A DNA stretch of 63,506 nt, filler included, from Octopus bimaculoides (Eukaryota): the NCBI RefSeq assembly GCF_001194135.2. It is 5 parts of 5 records of this genome, joined end to end, with 100 filler letters (N's around TTAATTAATTAA, not from the genome) between each part and the next. Parts side by side here need not be neighbours in the genome. Positions count along the whole stretch, not along the records: positions 23,324 to 44,553 come from NC_068984.1; positions 44,654 to 51,624 come from NC_068985.1; 3 more parts are not named here. The stretch is one strand, 5' to 3'. Below, one piece after another: positions 36,801 through 49,626 of the stretch (its first letter is position 1; every line of letters starts with the position of its first letter). The translations under genes were made by a program, and so were the position numbers. The notes beneath the pieces were generated by a model that was given only the letters and a program-made list of their open reading frames with translations, ran no database searches and was not told the DNA's origin.

Positions 36801-39800
36801 CATTTGTGGTTCCTTTACTTATTTGATGAACATGATTAAATGATCAACATCATAGACATCCTCTAAGCGTGTCTCCGACATCTTTTTATAACAGATTTCA
36901 AAGAAATGGCAAATGAAGACATTTGCTCAGTGGTAGATATGTAGATTGATACTGTTACTGTGACATAATTATATGATATGTGTATTGTGGCTGTTGATGA
37001 CTATGAAAATTACACTACAGTTATTTTGATGTTTGCATTATCATTTTGTTTGCTGAAACTGTCTGCCAGTTCTTTTTTGTTGTTTTCTTTTAGTGGTGTT
37101 TTAATTTTCCATATTTCTTTGTTAAATTGTTTGGTACAGAGTTGTTTTCTTTTCATCTTTATGTGCTTTGCCATTTCTGGTGTGTAATTGATGTCGCATC
37201 TTTGTTGCTTGGTGAAATATACTTGAGCATGGAATTATTTTAAACACTTTGCTGACTATAATTTTCTCGAAATCTGAAAAGAGGAATTAAATTTTTATAT
37301 GGAACTAGTTCCATTATTTTTCTTTTTCGACGCTTGTAAAATCTCTTTGTTTCCTTTCATGATATCGGTGCTGTGATTATAATTTAATGCACAAAAATAT
37401 CGGGCCTTGATTTGCCAAGTGATGTTTGCAGGGATGGAGTACTTGTACTAAATAACGGGTTATCTAAGAAAATTTTTATAGAATGGTGTAATTTGTATAA
37501 AAAGGAGGTTTGTAATACTGTGTTGCGTAATATATAAAGGAAGTTTTACTGCCATGCCTTTGTGTTATCCTTTGCACTGACAGTTGTATTTAAAAATCCT
37601 TCAAAGACTGAGAGTAGGTTAGTTAAAGAGTTTTAATGCCAAAACTTAATGTCAGTTGGGAAGACTGTTGTTGGTAATGTTCATATATCTCATGTGTCGC
37701 TAGTTTTTGAGTGTTGCATTTATAGTGTCGTGTCATCTCTTAATAGCTGTAATTGTTTTTTATATTTAAATACAGAATGCTTTACATATTGAATATATTT
37801 GTTGTGTCGTGTAGCAGAATAAAATAGTTTAGCATCTTACAGATGTTTATTTTCCCGATGATTTTTGTATTGTATGATGTTTGAATTTTGTCAGTTTCAG
37901 CAAGTTGTTCTTAAAGTAAAATCAGCAAAGCTTTGACGTTGGGATCGGTAGTAAATAATGTTATTTCTTATCTTTATCGTTGGTGCTTCTATTGTTCATA
38001 TTATTGTTTTCTGGAATATCGTTTATTTGCATGGACTTTTGAAAATGTTTGGTCGGATTGCATTTATGTGAGAATTTGTACAATTCTGACATATATAGAT
38101 GTATATTTCGTTTCTTGTTGAGTGATGTGTTTAGTCATTCTTTGACTGAGTTCCCATTATTCCCTTAGAATTTTATCTTTGACTGTCTTTAAAGCCATAG
38201 ATATCCTCTCTTCTTTTCTGGAATAATATTCTCGAGATTACGTTATGCGGGTGACTTATTTATGCTTAACACGGTTGGACAATATATGAGGAAGATTTAG
38301 CCGCAATTTACTATAGCGTAAAACGCTGATGAAGGTCTTCCGGTCGGACACGGCAAAAATTAGTGACCTGCATAGTTGCTAACAAACACTCCAGAGCGGC
38401 AAGAAAATGCAGAGTGTACAGTTCTTTTGTAGAAACGGGTAGAATGGATCATTAAAAGTTATGTATCGTAGATAATAATGATAGTATTAGGTCATTACTA
38501 ACTTCATAGAGAAACAACATACTGACATATCAAGTAATAATGATTATGTAAATAGCAGCAGTTTAATGTATATTAATGTATATTTCACTCATATACACGC
38601 TTGAAATTTACGTTATCGATATTCAGAAGATTGGAAATGAAATTCCAAACCAATAAGGTTGGAATTCAGGATGAGAATGTTTATAAAAATACATAAAAAT
38701 TGAGCTGACTGTAAAGTTTCATTGTTGTCGCTAAAACTGCTAAATTTCCCTGAAGTACGAGTATTTCTACCACCTTATATCAGAAAAGATGTATTGGAGA
38801 ATAAAGTTTCAGACAGAATTACCTAATGAAATATAAATAAAAGCATAGTTACAACAGAAAAACACTTTTTGCCATGTGGTAACACGTCTGCTCATTTACA
38901 ACTGACCTGAGATTGAAAAAAAAAAAAAAAGCTTTAATTATCATGAAGAATTTTGTTCGGATCACTGTTATCAACTTCCTAATCATCGTTTAGAAGTATA
39001 ATCTCCCAGCTTTGTACCATTGGCTAATTGGATTCTTTCTCTTTGGATTATGTTATTGCCTATACGAAAATATTGCATCATGTAATTTCATTATATCCCT
39101 TATGAAAGGTACAAGTTTTGCACTGTTGATATAACGTCAGATGATATATATCTGGCGGTATTCCATCCTACCACCGGCTCTCTGTCGTTTNNNNNNNNNN
39201 NNNNNNNNNNNNNNNNNNNNNNNNNNNNNNNNNNNNNNNNNNNNNNNNNNNNNNNNNNNNNNNNNNNNNNNNNNNNNNNNNNNNNNNNNNNNNNNNNNNN
39301 NNNNNNNNNNNNNNNNNNNNNNNNNNNNNNNNNNNNNNNNNNNNNNNNNNNNNNNNNNNNNNNNNNNNNNNNNNNNNNNNNNNNNNNNNNNNNNNNNNNN
39401 NNNNNNNNNNNNNNNNNNNNNNNNNNNNNNNNNNNNNNNNNNNNNNNNNNNNNNNNNNNNNNNNNNNNNNNNNNNNNNNNNNNNNNNNNNNNNNNNNNNN
39501 NNNNNNNNNNNNNNNNNNNNNNNNNNNNNNNNNNNNNNNNNNNNNNNNNNNNNNNNNNNNNNNNNNNNNNNNNNNNNNNNNNNNNNNNNNNNNNNNNNNN
39601 NNNNNNNNNNNNNNNNNNNNNNNNNNNNNNNNNNNNNNNNNNNNNNNNNNNNNNNNNNNNNNNNNNNNNNNNNNNNNNNNNNNNNNNNNNNNNNNNNNNN
39701 NNNNNNNNNNNNNNNNNNNNNNNNNNNNNNNNCAGATGATATATATCTGGCGGTATTCCATCCTACCACCGGCTCTCTGTCGTTTGAGCTCGAAAACAGA

Positions 39801-39894
39801 CTTGTTCAGTTTATTTCAACATATATGGTACCATTTACAAAAGTAAAAATGCCGCATTTATTCAAGATATTCAGCAGTTGACTGAAGAAACGAT

Positions 39895-40023
39895 ATTGAA
39901 ATTTTCTGAACGTAAACTGTAAAGTTATTCTGAGTTCAAATTCCGACACAGTCGCCTTTGCTTTACTTTCTGTGGAGATGGTTGAAATACATTAGCAGTC
40001 AATTATTAGGGTCAATTGTATCG
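39895..40023 (+). mobile_element. degraded SINE (family A) fragment
   Basis: TTCTGAGTTCAAATTCCGAC...CTTTGCTTT matches the B-box region of the family. Confidence 0.6.
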
Positions 40024-40321
40024 GATCTTTTCCCTTTGAAAGGCACATCGACAAATTAATTTTTTGTAACTAAACACTTTCAAACTTTGGACACTGGTAG
40101 AATGGGTCATATAAAACATCTTTTACTCTTAGTGTTGTTGAGAAAAGTTTATATTTTTAAAGTTATTTCGATAACTTTAACACGAAATAACTTCGAAAAT
40201 ACACAATTTTCTCAAGAACGCCAAGAGTAAATGATGTTTTATGTGACGCATTCTACGAATCTTGAAAGTGTTTAGTTACAAAAAATTATCTTTTAAATGT
40301 GCCGGCCAAAGAGAAAAGATC
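40024..40321. mobile_element. fold-back / palindromic MITE-like element (~300 bp)
   Basis: 40024-40170 is largely the reverse complement of 40183-40321 (e.g. TTTTTTGTAACTAAACACTTTCAA / TTGAAAGTGTTTAGTTACAAAAAA); 12-nt loop. Confidence 0.85.
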
Positions 40322-42751
40322 CATGGTAGCATCTGATCTCCTCGTTTCAAAGTTGCTGGACTTGTATTTAACGCGAAAATGATTATTACATAAGGTTTAT
40401 GGAATATCATAATCTTTAAATGGTCTTTTATTTCTTGGGTTCCTATTCTGCAAAACTAAAATCTGAATACGATTTCAAAGTGCCGCGGCCAAAGTGAATC
40501 AGAGGTGACTTGAAATTGTTACGCAGGAATAGCGAAATGTATTCGAGCCAAAAACATAAACGACGGCAACTAAATAGGGCAACACATTTTGTCCGATATT
40601 CAAACTCTGTAGATAACCATGACTGTTACCCTCTAACATAATATTAATTGGTTTATGGACAAAACAATAAAGATAATTTGATGTTCTTGATTCGTTGTTT
40701 GATTTTCGTTGCGTTGCAGTTATTACTGAGATTTTGCTCTCCTTCTAATCCATGAATAACATTTAATCAGCGTAGATTAAGTTTGTAAAACCGCATAGCG
40801 ACCAATTAAAATAGCTGAAATGAAAAGGCCTCATCAATAATCAAAGAGAAGAAGGTGGGGGAAAAGGGAAAGTAGGAGGATGAGAAAAGGAGGAGGATTA
40901 GAACGAGCTTTTTATTTCTTGATCTTTTTGCTTCTTTTGTTCTATTTTTTTTTGTTCCACTTTATTTACATAGTTTAAAATGAATTACAAAATATTTCCA
41001 CTTCACAATTAAGTATAATATTTGGATTGATGGACCTGCCTTAGGCTATGATGGTGATGATGATGATGATGAGGAGGAGGAGGCGGAGAAGATAGAAGGG
41101 AGATGAGGGAGTGGAGGAAGAAGAAGAAGAGGTATACTAGTGAAAACGTGGAATTAAAAGATATTTACCGATGATTGGAAGATGGCTGCGCTAGATGTAA
41201 AGAGAAAGGCATAATATTGGTTGGATCAGAGATGGCAAAATGAAAGGCTTAGAATAAACATAAGATGTATCATAGAAATTAAGAAATATAGAATAAAATA
41301 GAGATATAGAAATGGTAAGCGTTCGAAAATAACAAGACAACTGGCGGTTTGCATGAGATCATGGGAAAGATAAAGCTCCCTATATGCCGGCAGGAGGAAA
41401 GTAGGATGATTTACTAAACCGGAGATTTCACTAAATTGTAAGCAGCTGAATGAATTATGCAAAGGTTATCCGGCCAAACGGTGGTATTAGACAGAGGGAC
41501 AGATTAAATCTAACTGCCAAGATATATTAATTTTCTCACACTTGATATATAGTGATTTGTACGTAAAATTCAATGCATTAAATTCATTATCTGCGACATC
41601 TACTAGAAATACAAGACATACGTCACTAGAAGGTGTTCAACGATTACATGTAATAGCTACCACCGGAATTGTTGAATTCTTTATTTTTGGAGGATTAAGT
41701 GAAGATTTGAAAAAAGAATTCCAGAAACGAAGCGAAATGTTGAAATGCATTATGTCCTGTGCATCTTTTTAATGTAACAACAAACAACACTCTGAACCAG
41801 TAGTGTCTGAAGAAAGAAAACAAAGACATTTTGAAAGTATAATATCAAATACGTATATGTCTGAAAAAAAAGAGACAAATGAAAAGACTGACACTGAATT
41901 TGAGGACATGTTGCTTCTCAAAATTAAATGTATAGCCCTAGATTTTCACTTACGTTTCTCATTCTGCAATCAACATGGTTTAAGTCGTAAAGATTAACCA
42001 CAGGTTTATGATATAGTTATTTGGACACAATGCTCCGTAAAAATTCATAATTCTTATATGCGATTCTTTTTTTATTAGTTTAATCAAAAACAAATAAAAA
42101 TATTTTCTCAGCTTTATTGGAGACAGCAAGGTTTATAATGAATTTATAAATTTGTAGGAGGGAAAACAAAAAAAAAACAAAACGCATTGTAACGGAATGC
42201 TATACTGTATTAAGACATGCAGTACAGCATTATATCATTCAATGCTAAAAAAAATATTTTTTTATGCAGTTATAGTGTTTTTTAGAAATTGTTATTAAAT
42301 ATTTTGAGTTTTTGTTTTTATCATTTGAGATCTAAGCAAGCCATGTAAATGTCTGCTGCTGTTACACAAATAAATAATAAACAGCAATTAGTGGCAACAT
42401 TTTGAAACAAATTTACTTTACGTTGAAATATGTAATAATTATATCTCAGTGGAGAAGGAGGAAGACTATTTTCTTCTTGAGCTACATTATGTAATGTGAA
42501 TAGTATTCCTATTGAAATATGAAAGTCGAATCAATTGTGCATAAAACAACGCAAATTAATTCATTGAACTAGTAAATGTGTTGTTTTTCTCGTTGATGAT
42601 GTTGTTATAGGTCCTGGCCAGCAGCGATTAAATATACGTCTGACACTGAAATAAAAAGCATCTGTCTTCTCTTTTTTCTTCTGATATCCACTTGAAGTAC
42701 ATCATCCAATGAATATATACTTACTAAAGTAATGTTTCCTTCTCGAAACAT

Positions 42752-42962
42752 ACCGACTCATAAGAGCTTGCCTCCCAGGTTCCATCCATTCCTCACCTGG
42801 ACGAGACTCCGGTCTATCGCAAGAGTTCTCATTTGTGCCAGCTGATTGACAGGGAGCAACGTGAAATGAAGTGTTTTACTCAAGAACACAACGCGTCCAG
42901 GAATCGGAACCACAGTCTTACAATTATGAGTCCAACATCTTAACTACTAAGTCACTCGCCCC
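42752..42962 (-). mobile_element. tRNA-derived SINE (family B variant)
   Basis: Reverse complement: GGCGAGTGACTTAGTAGTTAAG...GTGGTTCCGATTCC...TTCATTTCACGTTGCTCC; shares its body with 63160-63302. Confidence 0.75.
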
Positions 42963-43668
42963 CCGGCTATATGATTTCATTTCAGTTTTCATGGTCGGCA
43001 TACTAACTTTTCATTCGTTGGCTCGGTGTGCTTGAAATAAATCAATTACTTTAAAGTCAGTTGGGAAGTGTAACATATATGGTGTAATAGCTAATTGCCT
43101 TCAAGCCTCCTACAACTAATACAGCCTTCCGTTGCTTTGATGCTGATGAATAAATTAAACGAAGTCTATGTAATTGATAGTATCCTCCCATTAATATTTG
43201 TAGTCTTCCACCAGTTTTAACTTTCTCTTAGACATGCCTTCATTTCAATTTTCATGGTTGGCATACTAGCTTTTCATCGATCCAGGCCTGCAAATATGAG
43301 CATGAGATAAAGACCAGCATCAATTTGAAGTTAAAGTCATGCGCTTATATGAGACGTTATAAATTTAGACTAGATATTTGATACAATTTATATTACTGGC
43401 CCAAATAGCACTGTGATCAAAACGTTAACTTCGCAACCACTGGAATCAATTTCAACGCAGAGAGCCTCAGGTAAGCGATGGGTCGGAAATTTGGACGAAG
43501 GAGATTTGCAGAAACCTGTTGCATATGTATTTAAAGTCGTGGCAGAGTTTGTGTGTGCGCGCGCACCCCTACGTGTGCACGCGCACCCCTACGTGTGCAC
43601 GCATACACGCACGCACACACACATATATATACAATGTGATACAGCAACAATACGACTGAAAATGAAAG

Positions 43669-44553
43669 TATTGAGCCATCCCATAAATAAAGCGCCTTTT
43701 TTTTAATTGCATCAACTAGAAGTCGGAGGAGGATGGTATAAAGTACCTGCATCAATTTGCTATAAAAGCAGGTATTAATTTTGCCAAAGCCCTGTTCTTA
43801 GTGCAAGTTTTGAAGACTGAAGTCCGAGTTTAACAGTTATTTTTTCAAAGCTATAATGGAAGTGACAAAGGAGCAATTTCGGCATACTTTGCTTTATGTG
43901 TTCAATAAAGGTAACAACGAAAAGTGACAGGAATATCAATGTAGTATATGGGAATCGGAGAATAAGCGTAAGCCAGAGTCAATGGTGGTTCCACAAAATC
44001 CGAGCCGGCAACTACAGTGTAGAAGACGAGCCACGTTCTGGAAGATCGGTAGAGCTCGACGAGGACGTCCTGCAAACCCTGGTGAAGCAAAATCCCATCG
44101 TAACTGTTGAGGAACTAGCAGAGAAGCTTGGATTTGATCATACAACCATTCATCGACATCTGCGTACCATTGGAAAACGACCGTCTTTGGTTTCAAGACG
44201 AAAGGTGTTCATCCATCAGGATAATGCTCGGCCATATACACAGAGGATGAGATTCCTAAGGCTGGAGTAGCTTAAATGGGAAACGATGCCCTACGCACCA
44301 TATATGCCGGACATTTCCCCATCTGATTATTATCTATTCCGCAGTGTTCAAGATCATTTGGACAGTAAAAATTTGAATTCTGTAGACAAGGCCAGAACAG
44401 TCCTCGGTGAGTATTTTTCGACACGGACAAGTGAATTTTGGAAAAGGGACCTTGCAAGTCTACCAGACAGATGGAAGAGCATTATAGAAAATAAAGGACA
44501 GTATATTTTAGATTAAAAAAGAACTTCCTTTATCTTAATTTTGAAAAATGAAA
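43669..44553 (+). mobile_element. mariner transposon, internally deleted, 3' end lost in gap
   Basis: TA + TIR-like TTGAGCCATCCCATAAATAA; ATG 43856 MEVTKEQFRHTLLYVFNKG; EDEPRSGRS HTH region; HQDNARP; PYMPDISPSDYYLFRS; LPDRWKSIIENKGQYILD* (44516). The WVPH motif and first catalytic Asp region are missing. Confidence 0.92.
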
Positions 44554-44597
44554 NNNNNNNNNNNNNNNNNNNNNNNNNNNNNNNNNNNNNNNNNNNN

Positions 44598-44609
44598 TTA
44601 ATTAATTAA
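44598..44609. other. artificial contig-join linker
   Basis: 44N-TTAATTAATTAA-44N. Confidence 0.95.
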
Positions 44610-45484
44610 NNNNNNNNNNNNNNNNNNNNNNNNNNNNNNNNNNNNNNNNNNNNATATACATATATATGTATGTGTGCATGTGTTTGTGTGTGTGTATATG
44701 TGTGTGTGTGTGTTTGTGTGTATGTGTGTGTGTGTGTGTGTGTGTATGTGTGTGTGTGTGTGTGTGTGTGATTAAGTGTTTAGAAATGTCAATGCCCCTG
44801 GAATACAATTAGTTTTACTGTGGATCGCAATTAGATGAAAGTCGTAGGACGTTACAGCTATTTATGCTGAAAGTTCTTCATTTTTTGCACATAGTAACCT
44901 ATATTTTCGTTGACACACGCGCGCATCTTCCGGGCACAAGCTCGTACACATAACCCAACAACATTTTGCATATCTCTCTCTCTCTCTCTTTGTATGTATG
45001 TATATATATATATATATACATACACACATACAGACATACATATATAGAGAGACCTGTAGTTGTCATTATCTTCCATTTCGTCGATTATGTGATCATCACT
45101 GCTGTTGAATTCGTCAGGTTTACTCTCTCCTTCAGTGAAGTTAGCATGCGGATGGCAACTTGAATTTTGAAACTTGCTGCCACTTCAATGAAGTTAGCAT
45201 GGGAAAAACAACTAGAAATTTGGAGAGCAATATGCACTAGTGGTGATTGTTAAACGGACTGAGCTTTACATGAACTATACACTGCATAGCTTGTACCGCA
45301 GTCATTTGAAATATGAAGTGAAACAAATGATGTGTATGAGCAGGAATTGTTTTCCTCGGAATTTTGATTCAGAGAACATACATAATCCAACCAGTCTTCA
45401 TTTTATTCTAGCAATTTAAGCCCTAGGGTTTAAGTTTTCCAAATTTACTGAGTTTGGAGAAATCGAAAGTGATTCGGTGGTATA

Positions 45485-45705
45485 CATCTTTTATCTTTTA
45501 CATGTTCCAGCAGTGAGATTGCAGCCATGCTAGGGCACCACCTTGAAGAATTTTTTGTCGATTAGATCAAACCAGTATTGATTATAACCCTGGTACATAT
45601 CATATCGGTCTCTTTTGCCGAATAGTTAAGTTACGGGAACGAAAACGCACTAACATCAGCTATCAAGTGGAAGGAAGACAAGCATAAACAGAAAGACACA
45701 CAGAG
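45485..45705 (-). mobile_element. SINE 3' tail
   Basis: GCAGCCATGCTAGGGCACCACCTTGAAG...TATCGGTCTCTTTTGCCGAA matches the reverse complement of the shared tail. Confidence 0.8.
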
Positions 45706-47168
45706 ATGATACATACGTACATAGCTATTCACCACACAGCTTCTTGTGTGTTTGTGTGTGTGTGTGTGTNNNNNNNNNNNNNNNNNNNNNNNNNNNNNNN
45801 NNNNNNNNNNNNNNNNNNNNNNNNNNNNNNNNNNNNNNNNNNNNNNNNNNNNNNNNNNNNNNNNNNNNNNNNNNNNNNNNNNNNNNNNNNNNNNNNNNNN
45901 NNNNNNNNNNNNNNNNNNNNNNNNNNNNNNNNNNNNNNNNNNNNNNNNNNNNNNNNNNNNNNNNNNNNNNNNNNNNNNNNNNNNNNNNNNNNNNNNNNNN
46001 NNNNNNNNNNNNNNNNNNNNNNNNNNNNNNNNNNNNNNNNNNNNNNNNNNNNNNNNNNNNNNNNNNNNNNNNNNNNNNNNNNNNNNNNNNNNNNNNNNNN
46101 NNNNNNNNNNNNNNNNNNNNNNNNNNNNNNNNNNNNNNNNNNNNNNNNNNNNNNNNNNNNNNNNNNNNNNNNNNNNNNNNNNNNNNNNNNNNNNNNNNNN
46201 NNNNNNNNNNNNNNNNNNNNNNNNNNNNNNNNNNNNNNNNNNNNNNNNNNNNNNNNNNNNNNNNNNNNNNNNNNNNNNNNNNNNNNNNNNNNNNNNNNNN
46301 NNNNNNNNNNNNNNNNNNNNNNNNNNNNNNNNNNNNNNNNNNNNNNNNNNNNNNNNNNNNNNNNNNNNNNNNNNNNNNNNNNNNNNNNNNNNNNNNNNNN
46401 NNNNNNNNNNNNNNNNNNNNNNNNNNNNNNNNNNNNNNNNNNNNNNNNNNNNNNNNNNNNNNNNNNNNNNNNNNNNNNNNNNNNNNNNNNNNNNNNNNNN
46501 NNNNNNNNNNNNNNNNNNNNNNNNNNNNNNNNNNNNNNNNNNNNNNNNNNNNNNNNNNNNNNNNNNNNNNNNNNNNNNNNNNNNNNNNNNNNNNNNNNNN
46601 NNNNNNNNNNNNNNNNNNNNNNNNNNNNNNNNNNNNNNNNNNNNNNNNNNACACTTTCAAATTTATCAGAATATTGAGGCTGAAGATTGGAATAGTGAAA
46701 TTTCTATTCACTTAACCATGAAACGATTCGTATCCAATTAACTAAAAGCTTGGCTTGTTTACGCTTTTCCCTCCGGTTTTTTGTTCTATGTGTGCCATAA
46801 ATATCGCCATCCACTTTAGAGAAAATTTGTAGTTTGGAATCAGTAGTTCTTTGACTGCTATTTCTAAATTTTCAGTATGTTGGAGAAGCAACTCAATTGC
46901 TAATCCCTGTATATTTATAATGATATATATATATATATATATAATAATGTGAGGGGTTTAGATTTAAATCACTTGTGATCTAAACGAATATTTACGCTGA
47001 GTAAGTGTTACAGTTGGTGGACGTTCACAGCTAAGGTTGAATCTAGGGATGCGTGTTAAGATTCCATTATAGCAAGTACATATTATAGTAGAGGAAAATT
47101 CAAAACCAAGGCAGAACGAGTATCTCAAATCATTTAGAATAATTTAATTAGAGTAAGGTGAATTTGAA

Positions 47169-47246
47169 GTCTTACAGACGTTTCCGAGATACCCTAGTGA
47201 TATATGATCACGTCCCTGCTCTGGATATTTCATCATCAGAGACAAG
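47169..47246 (-). ncRNA. type-I hammerhead-ribozyme-like motif
   Basis: Minus strand: GTCT-CTGATGA-TGAAATATCC(loop)GGGTATCTCG-GAA-AC-GT-C-TGTA-AGAC. Canonical CUGAUGA and GAAA, GUC triplet; stem I (GTCT/AGAC) is offset by 4 nt. Confidence 0.5.
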
Positions 47247-47344
47247 GTATGAGTATTTTAGACGGCGAAGATTTACAGTCTACAAGGAATAAAATTCACA
47301 GTTTATAAGGAACAAAATAGAAGAATTCATGAGTAAAAGTAATT

Positions 47345-47513
47345 AGAAGAATATAGGCAGGAGAATAATGTTCACAACTAACCTTCTACCACAGAATATG
47401 GATGTTGGTCAGTACTTCTTAAAAACCTGTAACCTCATGGAAGTACTGACCAACATTCATATCCAGTGGAAAAAGATGGGTTGTTAACATTATTCTCCTA
47501 CTTATATTCTTCT
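47345..47513. repeat. long inverted repeat / hairpin (two ~74-nt arms, 21-nt loop)
   Basis: 47345-47418 pairs with 47440-47513, e.g. GATGTTGGTCAGTACTTC / GAAGTACTGACCAACATT. Confidence 0.92.
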
Positions 47514-47888
47514 GACTATCCTAATATAATATAATTTGATATAATATATATATATATATATATACACTACACGCAATTAATTCAAAAGATATTAAAGTGA
47601 AGTCCCTGAAGAAACTGCAGCAGTATCGTCTTAAGGTTAAAATTGCAACAGTTGNNNNNNNNNNNNNNNNNNNNNNNNNNNNNNNNNNNNNNNNNNNNNN
47701 NNNNNNNNNNNNNNNNNNNNNNNNNNNNNNNNNNNNNNNNNNNNNNNNNNNNNNNNNNNNNNNNNNNNNNNNNNNNNNNNNNNNNNNNNNNNNNNNNNNN
47801 NNNNNNNNNNNNNNNNNNNNNNNNNNNNNNNNNNNNNNNNNNNNNNNNNNNNNNNNNNNNNTAATGCTACTACGTAATAATCCTTATT

Positions 47889-47919
47889 AATCCACCTCCT
47901 CCTCCTCCTCCTCCTCCTC

Positions 47920-47998
<79 letters not shown>

Positions 47999-48010
47999 CA
48001 TTATTATAAT
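47889..48010. repeat. (CCT)n-(ACT)n-(ATT)n graded trinucleotide tract
   Basis: Directly visible. Confidence 0.95.
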
Positions 48011-48399
48011 GTTTAAGTACAAAAAGAAGACAATACTGCAATGGTAAATTTTACCAAATATATTAGCTGAACGCTTAAAAATCGAGGGAATGCGCTAGAA
48101 AATGAAAAGAAAGATGAGCGAAGAATATGAGTGTGTGTGAGTCTTGGTGCCAGTGTGGAAGTGCGTGTAGGTATTATATATATATAAAAAAAAACAATTG
48201 TTTTCCTTAATTTTCTTGTGTTTGTATTTCAAATACAGTTTATTTCTTGTGATAAAGTTCTCGAATACATTTTTATTAATGTTTCAGAGCTATTTCATCT
48301 ATCGCTTTAGAATGTTAAACTTTTTGGCTCTATAATAGTGGACTTCTGTTTCCACAGACTTTTCTGATAATACCTGACTGCTCGAGCCTTCATTCTACG

Positions 48400-49080
48400 T
48401 CATTCGATTTGCATTGCAATGCTTGTATATTGCATGCCAGTGGTAAATATTTGGTGCATTCTTAATATTGATTTTGTAATCAATCGCCTACTACCTACGG
48501 TAAGTCTATTACGTATGGATGTATATTCTGCAAATTTTTCTATGTTCCTTTTTTATATGGTGTTTGATATATTGTGCTGCAAAGGTTTCTTGTTTAAAAT
48601 GCCTGATGAGTCTATGAGAGAGTGTTGTATAAATCTGGTGTATGTAACTGTTGAAAATGTGAAGATTGCCGGTTCTCATTGAAAACTTATCAATTACGTT
48701 GGTCATTCTCAGGTCTACATGGTTGAGGTGCTAGTTAATAAGGACGTGTTAGATCTTATTGCCTTATATAATATACTGCTTATCTCAGGATATATTTTGG
48801 TGTGGCTTATTTTGTGTTTATGAGATTTTTTATTATGGTTTCATCTGTTCTATATCTGGCACGCATTTGGTTCTTATAATTTGTTTGTAATTTATGCATT
48901 TTAGTTCGTAGTGGAGTATATTCTCTTGTATTGCTGCATTGTATTTCTGTATGTATTAATCAATATATCGGTTTACTAATCTCTTTGAACATATATCCAT
49001 TTTCATTAACGCTTATTGAATTTTGTGGATTTCTTTATTTTGTGTTTCATTTGTAGAAGAGAATGTAAATGCTTTTAGAA
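48400..49080 (-). mobile_element. decayed Penelope-like element, linker + GIY-YIG endonuclease region
   Basis: Minus ORF MTNVIDKFS...SYIHQIYTTLSHRLIRHF resembles the TNVIYKFxC...YIGxTxxxLxxRLxxH GIY-YIG pattern. Upstream YKNQMRARYRTDETIIKNLI resembles a PLE linker. Confidence 0.6.
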
Positions 49081-49626
49081 GTGATTGTTACTTGTAACAT
49101 TTTGTACTTAAGTGGTCATTCATTTTCTCCGTGTATATATACAATTGTTTTATGTCTTTTGTGAAAACAGATGTATCTATTGTTGTTAATGTAAAAGATT
49201 ATGTCTACAGATAGAGTCGTATAAATACACTTTGGAATGTTGAGTTTTATTTCTCAACATGAAAGCTTGTATGGTCTCAGAAAGGTTGATGAAATTACTT
49301 TGAGGACTTTCTCGCCTAAAACCAAATGAATTTCTTGGATACGAAGATATGAGAAAACCTAATTTAAAATGATTAAATCAATACAAAGTCATGTTTTCAA
49401 TAGATGTTTAAAAGAAAGGGTGTAAGCCATGTATACCAATACACCCTTCCCATCACACATGTATGAGGTATGTATTTTCGTCAGTGCAATGCCATATTAC
49501 TCTCCCCTCCACGACTAGTAGCTGCAGGAGTAAAGTTGCCCTCAAATCAGAAAGATAATACAAATTCTTTTGACGAACTGGAATCTACTAACGGCAACAA
49601 TGGTGCAAGTTAGAGCTGTTGAACTA

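Noticed and set aside
41045-41131. Acidic AG..GT-bounded 87-nt segment resembling the array exons
   Set aside because: In-frame TGA in the phase-1 frame, and no intron homology to the array; purine-rich low complexity.
41542-41997. Two short + strand ORFs
   Set aside because: No recognisable motif and no convincing splice-site pair.
48603-48690. CTGATGAGTC hammerhead-like start
   Set aside because: It is the antisense of the GIY-YIG coding remnant (TLSHRLIRH) and lacks a properly placed GAAA and stem III.
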